Counted from the stretch's first letter, positions 12,014 to 24,534 are shown. The stretch: 64,000 bases of DNA from Mobula hypostoma (GCF_963921235.1 NC_086108.1:72852001-72916000); one strand, 5' to 3'. Translations and numbers: made by a program. The notes: generated from the letters alone by a model not told the origin.

Positions 12014-13877
12014 TGCTTCTGATTTGGATTCTTTGGGAATTGTGGTGATTCTCACAAATGAGAAAATAGAAAATGAGGATGTTTTTACCACAAGTACTCT
12101 GACTGGCAACCAGTGGGCATTAGCATCATTTCCAGAGGTAGTTCAAGGACCAGACACAGTTCCATAAATAGATCGAAAATATCCAGATTCATATGACTGG
12201 TTATATAATTAATACTTCATTGAACATCTAATATTTTTGCCAGATTTTAATTTGTGTAACTTCAGTTAATAAAATACATGAAGTAAAATGTAGATTATTT
12301 TCTCAAAGCATTAGAAGCAAAACAATTTCAGGACCCCGGAGTTGAAATTGTGCGGTCAGTATATACATCCTTTTATTAACAACCAACCACTTGTGCGACT
12401 GAGCATGTGAATAAAATTCTGAGAAATGGGTATTATTTGCCTTGGTATCACATCACTTCATGTGATGTATTAGTCATATGCTTGACTGACCTTGAATGAA
12501 GGTCTTTGTGGAGCCAAAACTTTAAGCTGACCCATCTAACGAAGCTTCAAAGCTGGCTTCTTTCCTTCATTTCTGGCAAGCGATCAATTTTGGTCTCAAA
12601 GTTTGTGTTTCAATGGTGAGAATTTTTTTTCCATTTATGGCATCCCCTGTTAGCATCAACTATGATCAATTTTTCCAGTTATATAACAGCACAGGCTGAA
12701 CCCCTTGCAAAATGTTCTCCTTTTCCTTTCAATTAACCACGTTACCCACATTCCCATAACTGTATTGCATACTTTACCAATGTGATAACCTTCATTTTTA
12801 TTGTCCACCAGCATAAGGGCAGAGTCAACTGTTCTCTCTGCTTATTTAATAAATTGGTTCCCAAAAGTTAAATATCAATATAAATCAGTGTTACGGAGCT
12901 TGAATGGAAAAAAAAGGACACATTTACTACCCATTCTTGATTACTACTTATCGCTATCAATTATTTTGACAATATTATGACCAAGTGAGTATAGGAAGAA
13001 AAGTTCGAAGTTATGACAATTTTCAGTATAACAGACAGTGGCCTTTGCATATTTATACAATGGTTGCTTCTCTTTAGTGCAATCTGTGCCAAAATGCTCT
13101 TCCTCTCATTGACACGATATACTTTTCCATTGTACAAGAGGTGAGTTTCTTGCATTTTCTTTTGTTTTGAATGGATGTCAATATTGTGCAAAAATGTTAG
13201 TTGTAACAGGACAACATAAAATCTGTGCCTGATTTGAGCAACTTCACCTGTGAAGTTTCCAGCTATTTCTGATACAGCCTGGAAGCACTCTTGGGCAACC
13301 TAATTGATTATGCTGCAGGGAATTTGGCTGGATTACAGGATATCTCAAGAGAACGTATGAATGCCCTGGCCAGCAACATTGGAGGTCGACAGCAACATTG
13401 ATGCTTCTTTTGGGCATATGAATATCCCCAATGTGCAGAGATGATGATCTGAGTATGTTTTGTGCAGTAGTATAAATGAGGTGAGGTAGAATTACAGCTG
13501 CAGTTTTCTTTATCACGCTGTGTTCAGAGCAAACACTCCCCTCACAAATTCTAAGCCGTTTTATGTTCCATGTTTTACTCTATTTCTTACATTTTGAGAT
13601 CTTCTGCCAAATGTTCCTCCCTCTGTTTACACATTTCTGCTCAGATTGCCTTACATGTGTAGGTGATTTCCAGAGCTCATCATGTAATGAATCAGGGGGC
13701 CAAGCACACTGCCTTCCAGATGGTAGCAGCATTTATACTTTGCTAGCAAAAGAAATATTAATGTTTTCCAAGAAATTCCAGTACTAGTTCAGTTAATTAC
13801 AGATGGCTTGACTTGAAGTTGAAAGCTTTCAAACTGTGTACTTGTCACTTCAAACTTAGAACAATTGATGTGAGTGA

Positions 13878-14545
13878 CCTTAAGATATAGGAGCAGAATT
13901 AGGCCAATCAGCCCTTCGAGTCTGCGCCACCATTCCATCATGGCTGATCCCAGATCCCACTCAACCCCAAACACCTGCCTTCTGCTGTCTGCTTGCAATG
14001 TTGCTGGCCAGGGGATTCATATGTTCTCTTGAGATATCCTTTGATGCCCTGACCAATCAGGAAACTATCAATTTTCGCTTTAAATATACGCATGGTCTTG
14101 GTCTCCACCGCATTCTGTAGCAGAGCATTTCACAGATTTACTACTCTCTGGCTAAAAAAATTCCTCCTTACCTCTGTTTTAAAGGGCCGTCCCTCAATTT
14201 TGAGGCTGTGCCCTCCAGCTCTGGACACCTCAACCACAGGAAACATCCACTCCACGTCCACACTACCTAGTTCTTTCAACATTCGGTAGGTTTCAATGAG
14301 ATCTGCCCGCATTCTTATAAATTCCAATGAGTACAAGCCCAGAGCTGAAAAACATTCCTCATATGTTAACCCCTTCATTCACAGAATCATCCTCATGAAC
14401 CGCCTTTGCACTCTGTCCAATGACAACACATCCTTTCTGAGATACGGGGCCTAAAACTATCAACGATACTCAAACTGCGACCTGTCTCGTATCGTATAAA
14501 GCCTCAGCATTATCTCCTTGTCTGTATATTCTGTTCCCCTTGAAA
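13878..14545 (-). mobile_element. CR1 LINE 3' end
   Basis: ORF 14130..14378 (LGLYSLEFIRMRADLIETYRML..RRNFFSQRVVNL); CR1 3' UTR and tail. Confidence 0.9.
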
Positions 14546-14589
14546 TGACTGTCAATGTTGCTTTACCATATTCAGGATATTGTGGATCT

Positions 14590-14760
14590 GTTCAGAAACA
14601 TTGTCGACCCTGGCACCTGGGAGGCAAACTACCATCGGTATTTCTTTTTCACATCCATGGTCACCTCTCTGTCCCCCTGACTATAGTGTCCCTATTACTG
14701 CTACCATTCTTTTCAGCTCCCTACCCCTCTGAGCCACAGGGCCAGACTCAGTGCCTCCTC
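14590..14760 (-). mobile_element. CR1 ORF1 (SGNH esterase-like) fragment
   Basis: Reverse strand reads AVIG..IVRGTE..MVVCLPGAR, the GDS-block region of CR1 ORF1. Confidence 0.6.
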
Positions 14761-14941
14761 TCAAAAAGTACGCAAAATGGAGTGCTTACAAAATGGAGTG
14801 CTTTGTAATGAGAATCCAGATTGAACATGAAACATTAAGTTGAGAATTATAAAATTGTTTCACCAACTTTAATAGAATTAGAATCAGATAATAAGCTAAG
14901 TAAATTTGATAGGGAAGAATTGTTTTTGTTAATCAGATATT

Positions 14942-15790
14942 TCAAGTCAAAGTAAATTTATTACTAATTTGCACGTCACCATATATGACATTGAGATTCA
15001 ATTTCTTGCAGGCATTCACAATAAAACAAACAGATACAATAGAATCTGTGAAAAATTGCACACAAGTATAGACTGACACAGCCAATGTGCCAAAGAAGAC
15101 AATCTGTGTAAATATAACAATAATAATAATGATAAATAAATACCAAGAACATGAGTTGTCGAGTGCTTGAAAGTGAATCCATGATTGTGGAATCAGTACA
15201 GAGTTGAGGTGAGTGAAGTTATCCACACTCATTCAGGGTAATAAATAACTGTTTCTGAACTTGGTGGTGTGGGAACTAAGCCTCCTGCCCTCCTTCCTGA
15301 TGACAGTAGTGAGAAGAGAGCATGACTTGGATGGTGGAGGGTGCTTTGCCTGTGATGGACTGGGCAGTATCAACATCTTACTGTGGGCTTTTCTGTTCCG
15401 GTGCATTGGTGTTCCATATCAGGCTGTGATGGACTGGGCAGTATCCACAACGTCCTGTGGGCTTTTCTGTTCCGGTGCATTGGTGTTCCATATCAGGCTG
15501 TGATGGACTGGGCAGTGCCCACAACTTTCTGTGGGCTTTTCTGTTCCGGTGCATTGGTGTTCCATATCAGGCTCTGATGCAATCAGTCAGGATACTCTCC
15601 ACTGTGCATCTATAGAAGATGTCAAAGTTACTGATGACATGCTGAATCTGTACAAACTTATAAGAAAGTAGAGGCATTGTCATGCTTCTTTTGTTACGAC
15701 ATTTAGGTGCTGGTCCCAGAACAGATCCTCTGATGTGATAACACCAAGGAAGTTAGGGTTACTGACCCTCTTCAGCTCCAATCCCCTTAG
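14942..15790 (-). mobile_element. Rex1/Babar LINE 3' portion
   Basis: Homologous to 60800-62670 and 50630-52523; terminal aataaatttactttga motif on the minus strand. Confidence 0.8.
15350..15571. repeat. 3 x 74-bp tandem repeat inside Rex1 remnant
   Basis: Units starting ctgtgatggactgggcagt at 15350, 15424 and 15498. Confidence 0.95.
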
Positions 15791-16327
15791 AGCTGAGTAT
15801 AAATACTTTCAAATAGAGATCTAATTTGTGTTGTTATAAAACATAATGATATTCAAACCTTGTTATTAGTTATTGTTCCAGCACAGTCAATGAGCAAAAC
15901 TTTATAAGGATCCATCTCTTGGCAGTGATGGAGAAAGTATTGTTTGTTACAGAGATCAAACCAATTGGATCAAAGAAGGGAAACAAGAATTCAGTGTTCT
16001 GTCATAGTGCAACAAGGCCAGCTGACATAGTACTATCAATTATAGGATTTTACCCCTTAATTAAACACATCGATGAAGGTAGAGCAGTGGATGTAGTGTA
16101 TATGGATTTCAGTAAGGCATTTAATAAGGTTCTCCATGCAAGGATCCTTCAGAAAGTGAGGAGGCACGGGATCCAAGGAGACCTTGCTTTGTGGATCCAA
16201 AATTGACTTGCCCACAGAAGGCAAAGGGTGGTTGTAGACGGTTCTTATTCTGCATGGAGCTCAGTGACCAGTGGTGTTCTAGGACCCCTCCACTTTGTGA
16301 TTTTTATAAATGACCTAGATGAAGAAG

Positions 16328-16916
16328 CAGGATCTCCCAGTGGCCACGCATTTTAATTCCACGTCCCATTCCCATTCTGATATGTCTATCCATGGCCTCT
16401 CCGCTGTCAAGATGAAACCACACTCAGGTTGGAGGAACAACACCTTATATTCCGTCTGGGTAGCCTCCAACATGATAGCATGAACATTGACTTCTCTAAC
16501 TTTCGTTAATGCCCCACCTCTCCTTCATACCCCATCCGTTATTTATTTATTTATTATTATTTATTTTTTTTCTCTCTCTCTCCTTTTTCTCCCTCTGTCC
16601 CTCTCACTATACTCCTTGCCCATCCTCTGGGCTTCCCCCCTCCCCCTTGCTTTCTCCCTAGCCCTCCCATCCCATGATCCTCTCATTATCCCTTTTGACA
16701 ATCAACTGTCCAGCTCTTAGCCTCATTCCTCCCCCTCCTGTCTTCTCCTATCATTTCGGATCTCCCCCTTCCCCTCCCACTCCCACTTTCAAATCTCTTA
16801 CTATCTCTTATTTCAGTTAGTCCTGACAAAAGGTCTTGGCCCGAAACCTCGACTATACCTCTTCCTATAGATGCTGCCTGGCCTGCTGCGTTCACCAGCA
16901 TTTTTTATGTGTGTTT
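16328..16916 (+). mobile_element. Penelope-like element 3' part (GIY-YIG endonuclease C-terminus plus pLTR)
   Basis: Reads DLPVATHFNSTSHSHSDMSIHGL..LRLEEQHLIFRLGSLQ..MNIDFSNFR*; pyrimidine-rich UTR and hammerhead-like motif; aagaag duplicated at both junctions within CR1. Confidence 0.9.
16818..16855 (+). ncRNA. Degenerate minimal hammerhead ribozyme motif in PLE pLTR
   Basis: tagtc CTGACAA a aggt-cttg-gccc GAAA c CTC gacta; helix I tagtc/gacta; core has G8->A. Confidence 0.6.
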
Positions 16917-18304
16917 AAGAAGTAGAAAGGTGGGTTAGTAAGTTTGTTGATGACACAAAGGTTGGGGTGTTGTGGATAGTCTGGAGGGGTGTCAGAGGTT
17001 ACAACGGGACACCGATAGGATGCAGAACTGGGCTGAGAAGTGGCAGATGGACTTCAACCCAGATAAGTGTGAAGTGGCTCATTTCAGTGGTTCAAATTTG
17101 AAGTCAGAATGTAATATTAATGGTAAGACTTGGCAGTGTGGAGGATCAGCGAGATCTTGGGGTCCATGTCCATAGGACACTCAAAGCTGCTGCACAGGTT
17201 GACAGTATTGTTAAGAAGGAGTATGGTGCATTGGCATTCATCAAACGTGGGATTGAGTTCAAGAGCCGTGAGGTAATGTTACAGTAACTAAGACCCTGCT
17301 CAGACCCCAATTGGAGTACTGTGTTCCGTTCTGGACACCTCACTACAGGAATGATATGGATACTATAGAGAGAGTGTAGAGGATATTTACAAGGACGTTG
17401 CTTGGATTGGAGGGCTTACCGTGTGAGAATAGGTTGAGTGAACTTGGCCTTTTCTCCTTGGAGCAACAGAGGATGAGAGGTGACCTGATAGATGATGAGG
17501 GGCGTTGATCGTGTGGATAGCCAGACGCAAAGCACAAGGCTAACACAAGGGGGCATAGTTTTAAGGTGCTTGGAAATAGGTACCGAGGGGATGTCAGGGT
17601 AAGTTTTTCACACAGAGAGTGATGGGTGCATGGAATGCACTGCCCACTGTGGTGGTGGAAGAGGATACAATAGGGTCTTTTAAGAGCCTCTTAGATAGAT
17701 ACATGGTGCTTAGAAAAACAGAGGGCTGTGTGCTAGGGAAATTCTAGGCAGTTTCTTGAGTAGGTTACATGGCCGGCATAGCATTGTGGGCCGAAGGGCC
17801 TGAAATGTGCTGTAGATTTCTATGTTCTATGTTCTTAATCTAACCCACACTTCCCCACTTCTCCGCTTTCATGACTCACTCCAAAACAAAAGATGTCTTA
17901 TTAGCTCCACCAGCTGCAATTTAATGATGTCAGTCTTATTAATACTTATATTAGGTAGGTTCATTTTTGGCCATTTAAAATTAATATCTTTTTCCACCAT
18001 CCATGGGACAAGGAATGAAATGTATTGTCTCCATAAAAAAATAATGTAACTTTCACATCACCTTCCCCAATAACTGAATGAAGAGAGCTTTTCAAGTAAT
18101 CTCCATGCTTCACATGTTATGGAACTCAGTGTCGCTGGATGTTTTATGGCATGCTTTTAGACCAATGTTTGTGTTTCGTTTCAGATAGATATTTAATAGA
18201 TGTAGCAAAGAAAGCCATCTGTAGGCCATAATTCTTCCACCACTTTACTGGAAGCTGTAAGAAATTATTGCAAGAAAAAGTGAAAAGCAAAAATGGTTAA
18301 ATAT

Positions 18305-18495
18305 GTCTGTTGTTGCTCCTTTCCGTGCCTTGTGGCGCACCAGGTGGAAACCTTGCTGTTTCTTTAGCATTTTTGTCTATTTTTTTTATGAGGCCGAGTT
18401 GCTAGCTCAACACATGACCCAGCACAGATGGTGCAAGATGTTGGCTGGATTTGAACCCCGGCCACTCGCCTCAAAGAACGAACCACCAGCCGGCT
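18305..18495 (-). mobile_element. tRNA-derived SINE, possibly RTE-partnered
   Basis: B box ggttcaaatcc on the minus strand (~18447-18459); gagttgctagctcaac body; short-repeat tail. Confidence 0.55.
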
Positions 18496-18767
18496 ATCTT
18501 TCTAGTTGTATTATATTTATTGTGGTCTGGAATGAAAGCAGGTAGAAGATACTTGAAATTTTATTTTAGAATGTAGTTATATAAAACATTAATTGTGATT
18601 GCAATGGGTGCAATATTAGCAAGATCAATGTCTGTACCTGTTTCTAGTTGCCCTTGAAAATGTGGCATTGTTTATTGGAAACATTGCAGCCTATAAGATA
18701 AATGGGCCTTTGCAGATGAGAGTTTCAAAATTCTGGTACAGTAGCAGTAAAGAAATGTGAATATACT

Positions 18768-19225
18768 ATACATTCAGTGGCCAATTCATTAGGTACCACC
18801 TGTATCTGCACACCACTGTTATATCGTGTGGTTGTATGAGTACTCTCACCTTCCTGTCAGCTTGAACCAATCTGGCCATTCTCCTCTGATCTCTCTCATT
18901 AACTAGGCATTGTTGCCCACACAACTGCAGCTCACTGGATGTTTTTTGTTTCTTGCACCATTCTCTGAAAACTCTAGAGAGGCTGCTGTGCGTGAAAATC
19001 CCAGGAGATCAGCAGTTTCTGAGTTACTCAAACCACTCTGTCTTGCACCTGCAACCATTCCACGGTGAAGGATACTTAGATCACATTTCTTCCCCAGTCT
19101 GATGTTTGGTGTGAACAACAACTGAACCTGTTGACCACATGTGCATCCTTTTATGCATTGAGTTACTGCCACATGATTGGCTGATTAGATATTTGCATTA
19201 ATATCCAACTGTAAGTACAAAGTAT
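18768..19225 (-). mobile_element. Tc1-like non-autonomous DNA transposon
   Basis: ORF 18903..19172 GKKCDLS..RGMVAGARQSGLSNSETADLLGFSR (Tc1 N-terminal HTH); TIR-like ta-cattcagtggccaattcattaggtac. Confidence 0.85.
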
Positions 19226-19429
19226 ACCTTCTGATGTTACACACTATAGCCATAGAATTGTGGTGAGGCATTAGATTTGTTGTGGTGTTGATCAGACCCA
19301 CTGTTATGGCTGTGTTAATGATGATAGAAGGGAAACATACATTTTACTTTTTAGCTTACAGAAGAAATTGTGTCGTTGATTGCCTTTTAAACATGGAGAA
19401 ACAGAATGCCAGCCTGTAATGTTTTGCTA

Positions 19430-20165
19430 CTGGTATATTACTGCCACATATACCCTGATACAGTGAAAAGCTTGTCTTGCATACTGCTTCTGCAGATCAA
19501 ATCATTACACAGTGCATTCAGCATGAGTAAAACAGTAACAATACAGAATCAAGCATAAAATGCAGTGCAGATAAACTATAAAGTGGCAAGTTCATAATGA
19601 GCCAAGAGTCCACCTTATTGTACAAGAAGTTCATTCAGAAGTCTTAGGACAGTGGGATAGAAGCTGCTCCTGAGCTTTAAGGCTTTTGTATCTTTTACCT
19701 GATGGGAGAGGGGAGAAGAGAGAATGTCTGGTGTGTGTGTGTGGGGAGTGGGCCTCTGATTATCCTGGCTGCTTTAAGGAGGCAGCAAGGAGTGTGGAGG
19801 GGAGGCTGGTCACTGTGATGTGCTGTATCCAAAATTGCAGTTTCGTGTAGTCATGTGGAGAGCAATTGCCATATCTAGACATTATGCGTCTAGACAGAAT
19901 GCTTTTTCTGGTGAATTGATAAGAAATGGAAGAGTCAGTGGGGACATGCCCCCTGAGGAAGTAGAGACATTACTGAGTTTTCTTGGCCATGACATCAATG
20001 TGGTTGGACCAGGCCAGGCTGTCGGTGATGTTCACTCCTATGACCTTGAAGATCTCAGTCTTCTCAGCTTCAACGCTATTGATGTAAACAGGAACATGTG
20101 CTCAGCCCCATTCTGAAGTCAATGATCAGCTGTTTTGTTTTATTGACATTCAGTGAAAGGTTACG
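19430..20165 (-). mobile_element. Old Rex1/Babar-type LINE 3' portion
   Basis: Homologous to 37940-38740 (aagcttgtcttgcatac..cagatcaaatcattacacagtgcatt; tagaagctg..cctgagc). Confidence 0.65.
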
Positions 20166-20419
20166 GACCCTGGGTAAAAGTGGCAAATTTCATTCTCTGA
20201 ATTTCTTCGTTGAACCAAATTCTTTTTCGTGACAATCTCACAGACTCATGGCTCTCATTATCGATTTTGGCTTTCTAATCCAGATTTACTTAATTAGCTA
20301 AATTTAATATCTCCAAATGGTGCAATTTGAAATCACTCGTTCAGGCATTTTGTTTGCTAGTCCAGTAACATGAGTACTATGCTATTATTCCCACTTGCAT
20401 GAGATTGAAAGGAATAAAG

Positions 20420-20780
20420 AAAAGCATTCGCAGAATACATTTAATCTCAGGATTTTCTCAAGCACATCACATGCAATGTTGTGCTTTTGGAAGTGTCAAA
20501 ATTACATTCTGTGAAAACTGTTGTAAATATTAAACAAGTAATATCCCAATGATAGCAATTATAAAATGACCAGATAATCTGTTCTGTGCTTATGATAGAT
20601 TGATTAATTGATTTTGCCATGAATATTGTTTGGGAATTATGAGAACACTCTAGTTTGCTTCTATATAGACCTATTGGGTTACTTAAAGGCAACACGCAAG
20701 ATAGTTGGTTAAGATAATTATTCTACTTAAAGGTAATACAGTACCTACCTCACTGTCAGACTAAAAAACGCTCCTGATTA
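20420..20780 (-). mobile_element. Deu-domain SINE (SacSINE1/AmnSINE-like), decayed
   Basis: aatgaccagataatctgtt and cttttggaagtgt match the recalled SacSINE1 body; homologous to 55575-55895. Confidence 0.6.
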
Positions 20781-20804
20781 AACACCCAGACTGAAACTTG
20801 CTTG

Positions 20805-20952
20805 ATTCAGTGTCTCAACCCAGAAGGTTGACAACTCCTTCAATTCCTTCCTAACAGCCTCCCCCCCGCCCCCACAGATGCTGCTCGACCCGTTGAATTG
20901 CTTAAGCAGCTTGATTTCGTTTCAGATTCCAGCATCTAAAGACTCTTGTGTG
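20805..20952 (+). mobile_element. PLE pLTR/tail fragment
   Basis: cacagatgctgctcgacccgttgaattgc..cagattccagcatct. Confidence 0.65.
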
Positions 20953-21420
20953 CTTTGTCAGGCTAGACTGATTGCGCCCTGGCAGGGGATTTGAACCCAT
21001 AACATTCTAACTTAAGCTTTGTTGCCAAGACTATGTCAGATTCATGTTTCTACTGCAGCCTACAACATAAGCTCTACCACAGGCTTGATCACTGAGGAAA
21101 TTATATATAATTCAAAATGGGGTGTCTACGGTGAAATATATATGCATTTAGAAGGTAATTTTTTTTGCATGATAGTGAAACAAATTCTCTTGAGCAAATT
21201 AAGGGTGATTCCGATGGTATGGCTGTTTGGGTAATAAATATATGCCCTTATAGCATTCATAAATCACTACCCAAAAATTTAGGATGTGGAATAAAATTCA
21301 CTCTTTAGGAGTTTATGTAAGGAAACATAAATAAAAATAAAATATTTTTCAATTCTTGTTTCTTCATGTAATGCTTTATGACTGTTTACTGGAAATGCAA
21401 TACCCTGACACAAGCAGAAC

Positions 21421-23150
21421 TACAGCAGTGTTAATCGGGACACATCAAGACCAGTACATTTTGGCTCAGTTAAGCAGCTGCCCCAATGAGCCAAAGTTTC
21501 ATGAAAGTTAAAAATGTCTAAAAAAAGATAAATTGCTCTTTAAATGAGTAACAAATTACGTATTTCAATGAAATACAGAACTAATTAGAACACTATCAAT
21601 ACCACTCATCATCATAGCTTGTCACACCAGACAGCCAGCCACTCTAGTGTTGTTTAGTTGATGTTGAGCAGGTCAGTGTCAGCTAAATCAGGTGAGAGTG
21701 GGCAGTTGCACAGAACGTGTTCAATGTTCTGCACCCTTTCGCCACACTCACAGGATTCGCTGGTCTTTAAACCCCACTTCACCATATTGTCTCCCGTCCT
21801 ACAAACTCCCGCTCTCGCTCTGTTGAGAGTACACCACTTCCGTCTGTCAAGCAGTGCCCCATCTGGTAACATTTCTGTGGGGTCTTGCACTGTATTGTTT
21901 GGTGGGGTTCTGGCTTCTGTTTGTTGCCAGAGGTAAATCCTGTATGTTTGGGGGGGATGTTCCGTGCGGTAGTTCCTCCACTGTAGCAAAGCTTTTCCCC
22001 GATTCTAGACGGTTGGAAACTGGCACATGATGATGTAGTGGGTGCCGTGGATCCGAGTTCTGTTTACCTTTTTCAATTTTTGTTGTAGTGTGTCTTTGGA
22101 TCTCTGGGGGAGCAATGCCTGCAAGTCTGTAAATGATGTTAATGGGTGTGGGGCGCAGTGTGCCCGTGATTATTCGGCAGGCTTCGTTAAGCAATGAGTC
22201 TATTTTCTTCGCATGGGCTGATCTGCCCCACTCAGGTGCACAGTATTCTGCAGGTGCATAGCAGAGTGCTAGGGCAGTTGATCTAAGTGTGTGAGCATTA
22301 GCTCCCCATTTCATGCCTGCTAATTTTTTCAAAAGAGAATTGCGAGAGCCAACTTTCCCTCGGAGTTTTTGGATGTGGGTGGCAAATGAGAGCGTCCTAT
22401 CCAGTGTCATGCCCAGGTAAATTGGAGTCGGATGGTGTTTGAGCTCCTTCCTACACCAGAAGGTCTTGAGTTTCTGAGCTGCTTCTCGATTCCTCAGGTG
22501 GAATGCACACACTTGAGTTTTTGATGGATTTGGGTTCAGAGACCATTTTTCATAATACTGCTTCATTGCTTCAAGGACTGCTGTAAGTCATACTTCAACT
22601 TCTTGGAAGGAGTTAGCTTGTGTTGCTGTGCATAGGTCGTCTGCATAGATAAACCTGCGTGTGTTAGGAAAGGTTGGTTGGTCATTTCAATACCAATCAA
22701 TACCACTACAGTACTATAAAACTGTGTATTATTGGCTAATAGTTACCGATGGAGGAATTCATTCAGTGTACGCCTTCCTTTGATTAATTGTAAATGAACA
22801 AAATCCGCGCAGACACCTAGTGTAGATAATGGACTGCCTTCATTCAATGCTGTGGATGAATGCATCCTCCAAATCTTCATTTCATTGTAACATCCATTCA
22901 GCACGTAACTGACACAATTTAAAAACTGTTTGCTCTAATCCACTCCGTGTCTAATGGTCACACAAGTGCAGACATCTGATGCTAGTTAGAAACTGCTCGG
23001 CCAGTCTCCTACCCAAATTATGTGGCATAGTATCCCAAATGAATGAAGGAAATCCTGGCTATTTTCTTGATTCGTTTTTGTTCCTCAAGAGTTGTCCCAA
23101 TAAGCATGTGCCTAGATTTACCGATGGCTAATTTAACCATTATCCGCTGT
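21421..23150. mobile_element. Tigger/pogo-like non-autonomous DNA transposon split by a Vingi LINE
   Basis: Ends tacagc..gttaat and ttaacc..gctgta with TA termini; halves 21421-21606 and 22696-23150 join across the TSD. Confidence 0.65.
21607..22686 (-). mobile_element. Vingi (Ingi-related) LINE, 5'-truncated, relatively young
   Basis: FIYADDL, YLGMTLDRTLSF, WGANAHTLRSTALALCYAPAEYCAP, C-terminal CECG..H..C knuckle, no RNase H; (atg)n tail; TSD atcaataccact (21595-21606, 22696-22707). Confidence 0.9.
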
Positions 23151-24289
23151 ATCTGTAACTATTATTTTCGTATGGTTTGAGAGTCTTTAGAGTCAATCAA
23201 TAAAGGACAGTGTATGAAAAGTGTTAGCAGCAATTTAATCACACCTGAAGGACCCTCTTTTGAGCTTTCATTTTCTGCTGGTGTGATCTGGTTATCCGTT
23301 TGCATCGACAGACGTGACTGGATAAAGTGAAAAATGGGTATGGAGCATCCCGAGACAGGTGTTCAGGCCAGCTGAAGTGAGCAGAGATAAGACCACTGTA
23401 ATACACAAAACGAACATATCTCTTGTGAGCTTAGCTGTGATCAAGATAGATTATTTCACATGATATGTGAACAAAACAAATAAAAGTGAGCTCTCCTAAC
23501 AGACAAAAATTATCCATACCCAGTTGTATTTCAATGGTTCCTTCTCTTATTACAAGCTAAACTTTTGCTCAAAGCATTTTTGGCAAGAATGGTTGGAAAC
23601 AATTTTTTTTCTGTGTTTCAGATCAGCTTGGTTACTCATTAATTGCAAGATATGGTGTCAAAATGCTCCCAGGAACAGAGCTGCCCTCAGTTTCCTTTAC
23701 CTTATAACTAGAACACATTGCATGGTTCCTTTGTGCAGGGGACCGTTGAATAATGTGACAGAATCAGACATAGAAAGAAACTTCAGCTACCAAACAAATG
23801 ATGTTAAACCAAGAGAATGAGGAAATAGCAGCAGTTACACAACATTTGTCTTTTTAGAAGTTTTTAAGTTTCACTTGCACTTCATGTAGTATCAGATAAA
23901 TAGTTCACAATTATTTTGTTCAGCTATGATGTGAGGAGTGTTATTTACTTAGCAGTAATTTTCCTTTTCTCACCTTTTGTGAAACTTATTTGGATTCTGT
24001 TCCAAAAAGACTAATTGATTCCAAAACATCGCAAAGTTAGAGTGAAGTCAGCAGTTATTTAAATTCAACAAAAGTAACACATCAAAATTCCATTTGTACA
24101 AATCACCCTAAAGCTTGAATTTGAATCATATGGCTGACAATGCTGATTTAGCAAGAAAAATGTATTAATGTGAGCTAGACCATTTGTTAGTGAGTGAAAC
24201 TGGGAGACTTTGCACCAGATAAGAAACTTTCACAGAATACTTGGTTTTGTAACATACTTTCAGATGCATTTATGCATCACCTCATATGA

Positions 24290-24510
24290 CCTTAATAAGT
24301 TGGCTTTATGGCATGATACTTTCAACAAAGCAATGTACAGCAGTGGTGTACCATAGAAACATAGTACCAGAAACATGACAACCAACTTGCACATAATTAG
24401 CTTCTGCAAACAGAAATTAAGAGATAATCTTTACATGCCTATAGATGGGTTTTAAATATTAACCACAGGACAGTAGAAAACAGTTCAGGCCTTTTATGCG
24501 AACCTTTTAA
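24290..24510 (-). mobile_element. Deu-domain SINE remnant
   Basis: gaaacatgacaaccaacttgcaca..caaacag..agataatct..aaatattaaccacaggaca. Confidence 0.5.
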
Positions 24511-24534
24511 CCTACTCTTAAAGTGAGTGCTGCT

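Larger units (their letters stand above)
16060..17837 (+). mobile_element. CR1 LINE RT and 3' end, interrupted by a PLE
   Basis: AVDVVYMDFSKAFNKV, WAEKWQMDFNPDKCEV; (ttctatg)n tail. Confidence 0.9.

Noticed and set aside
13065..13146. Possible 62-bp exon (ttctctttag ... gag|gtgagt)
   Set aside because: Splice-like signals are good, but no frame gives a recognisable peptide and no compatible neighbouring exons were found
14773..14803. Short tandem duplication caaaatggagtgctt x2 (another at 56351-56372)
   Set aside because: Ordinary slippage duplications with no further structure
23604..23820. Strong acceptor-like tttttttctgtgtttcag followed by an open frame
   Set aside because: No convincing donor or recognisable product
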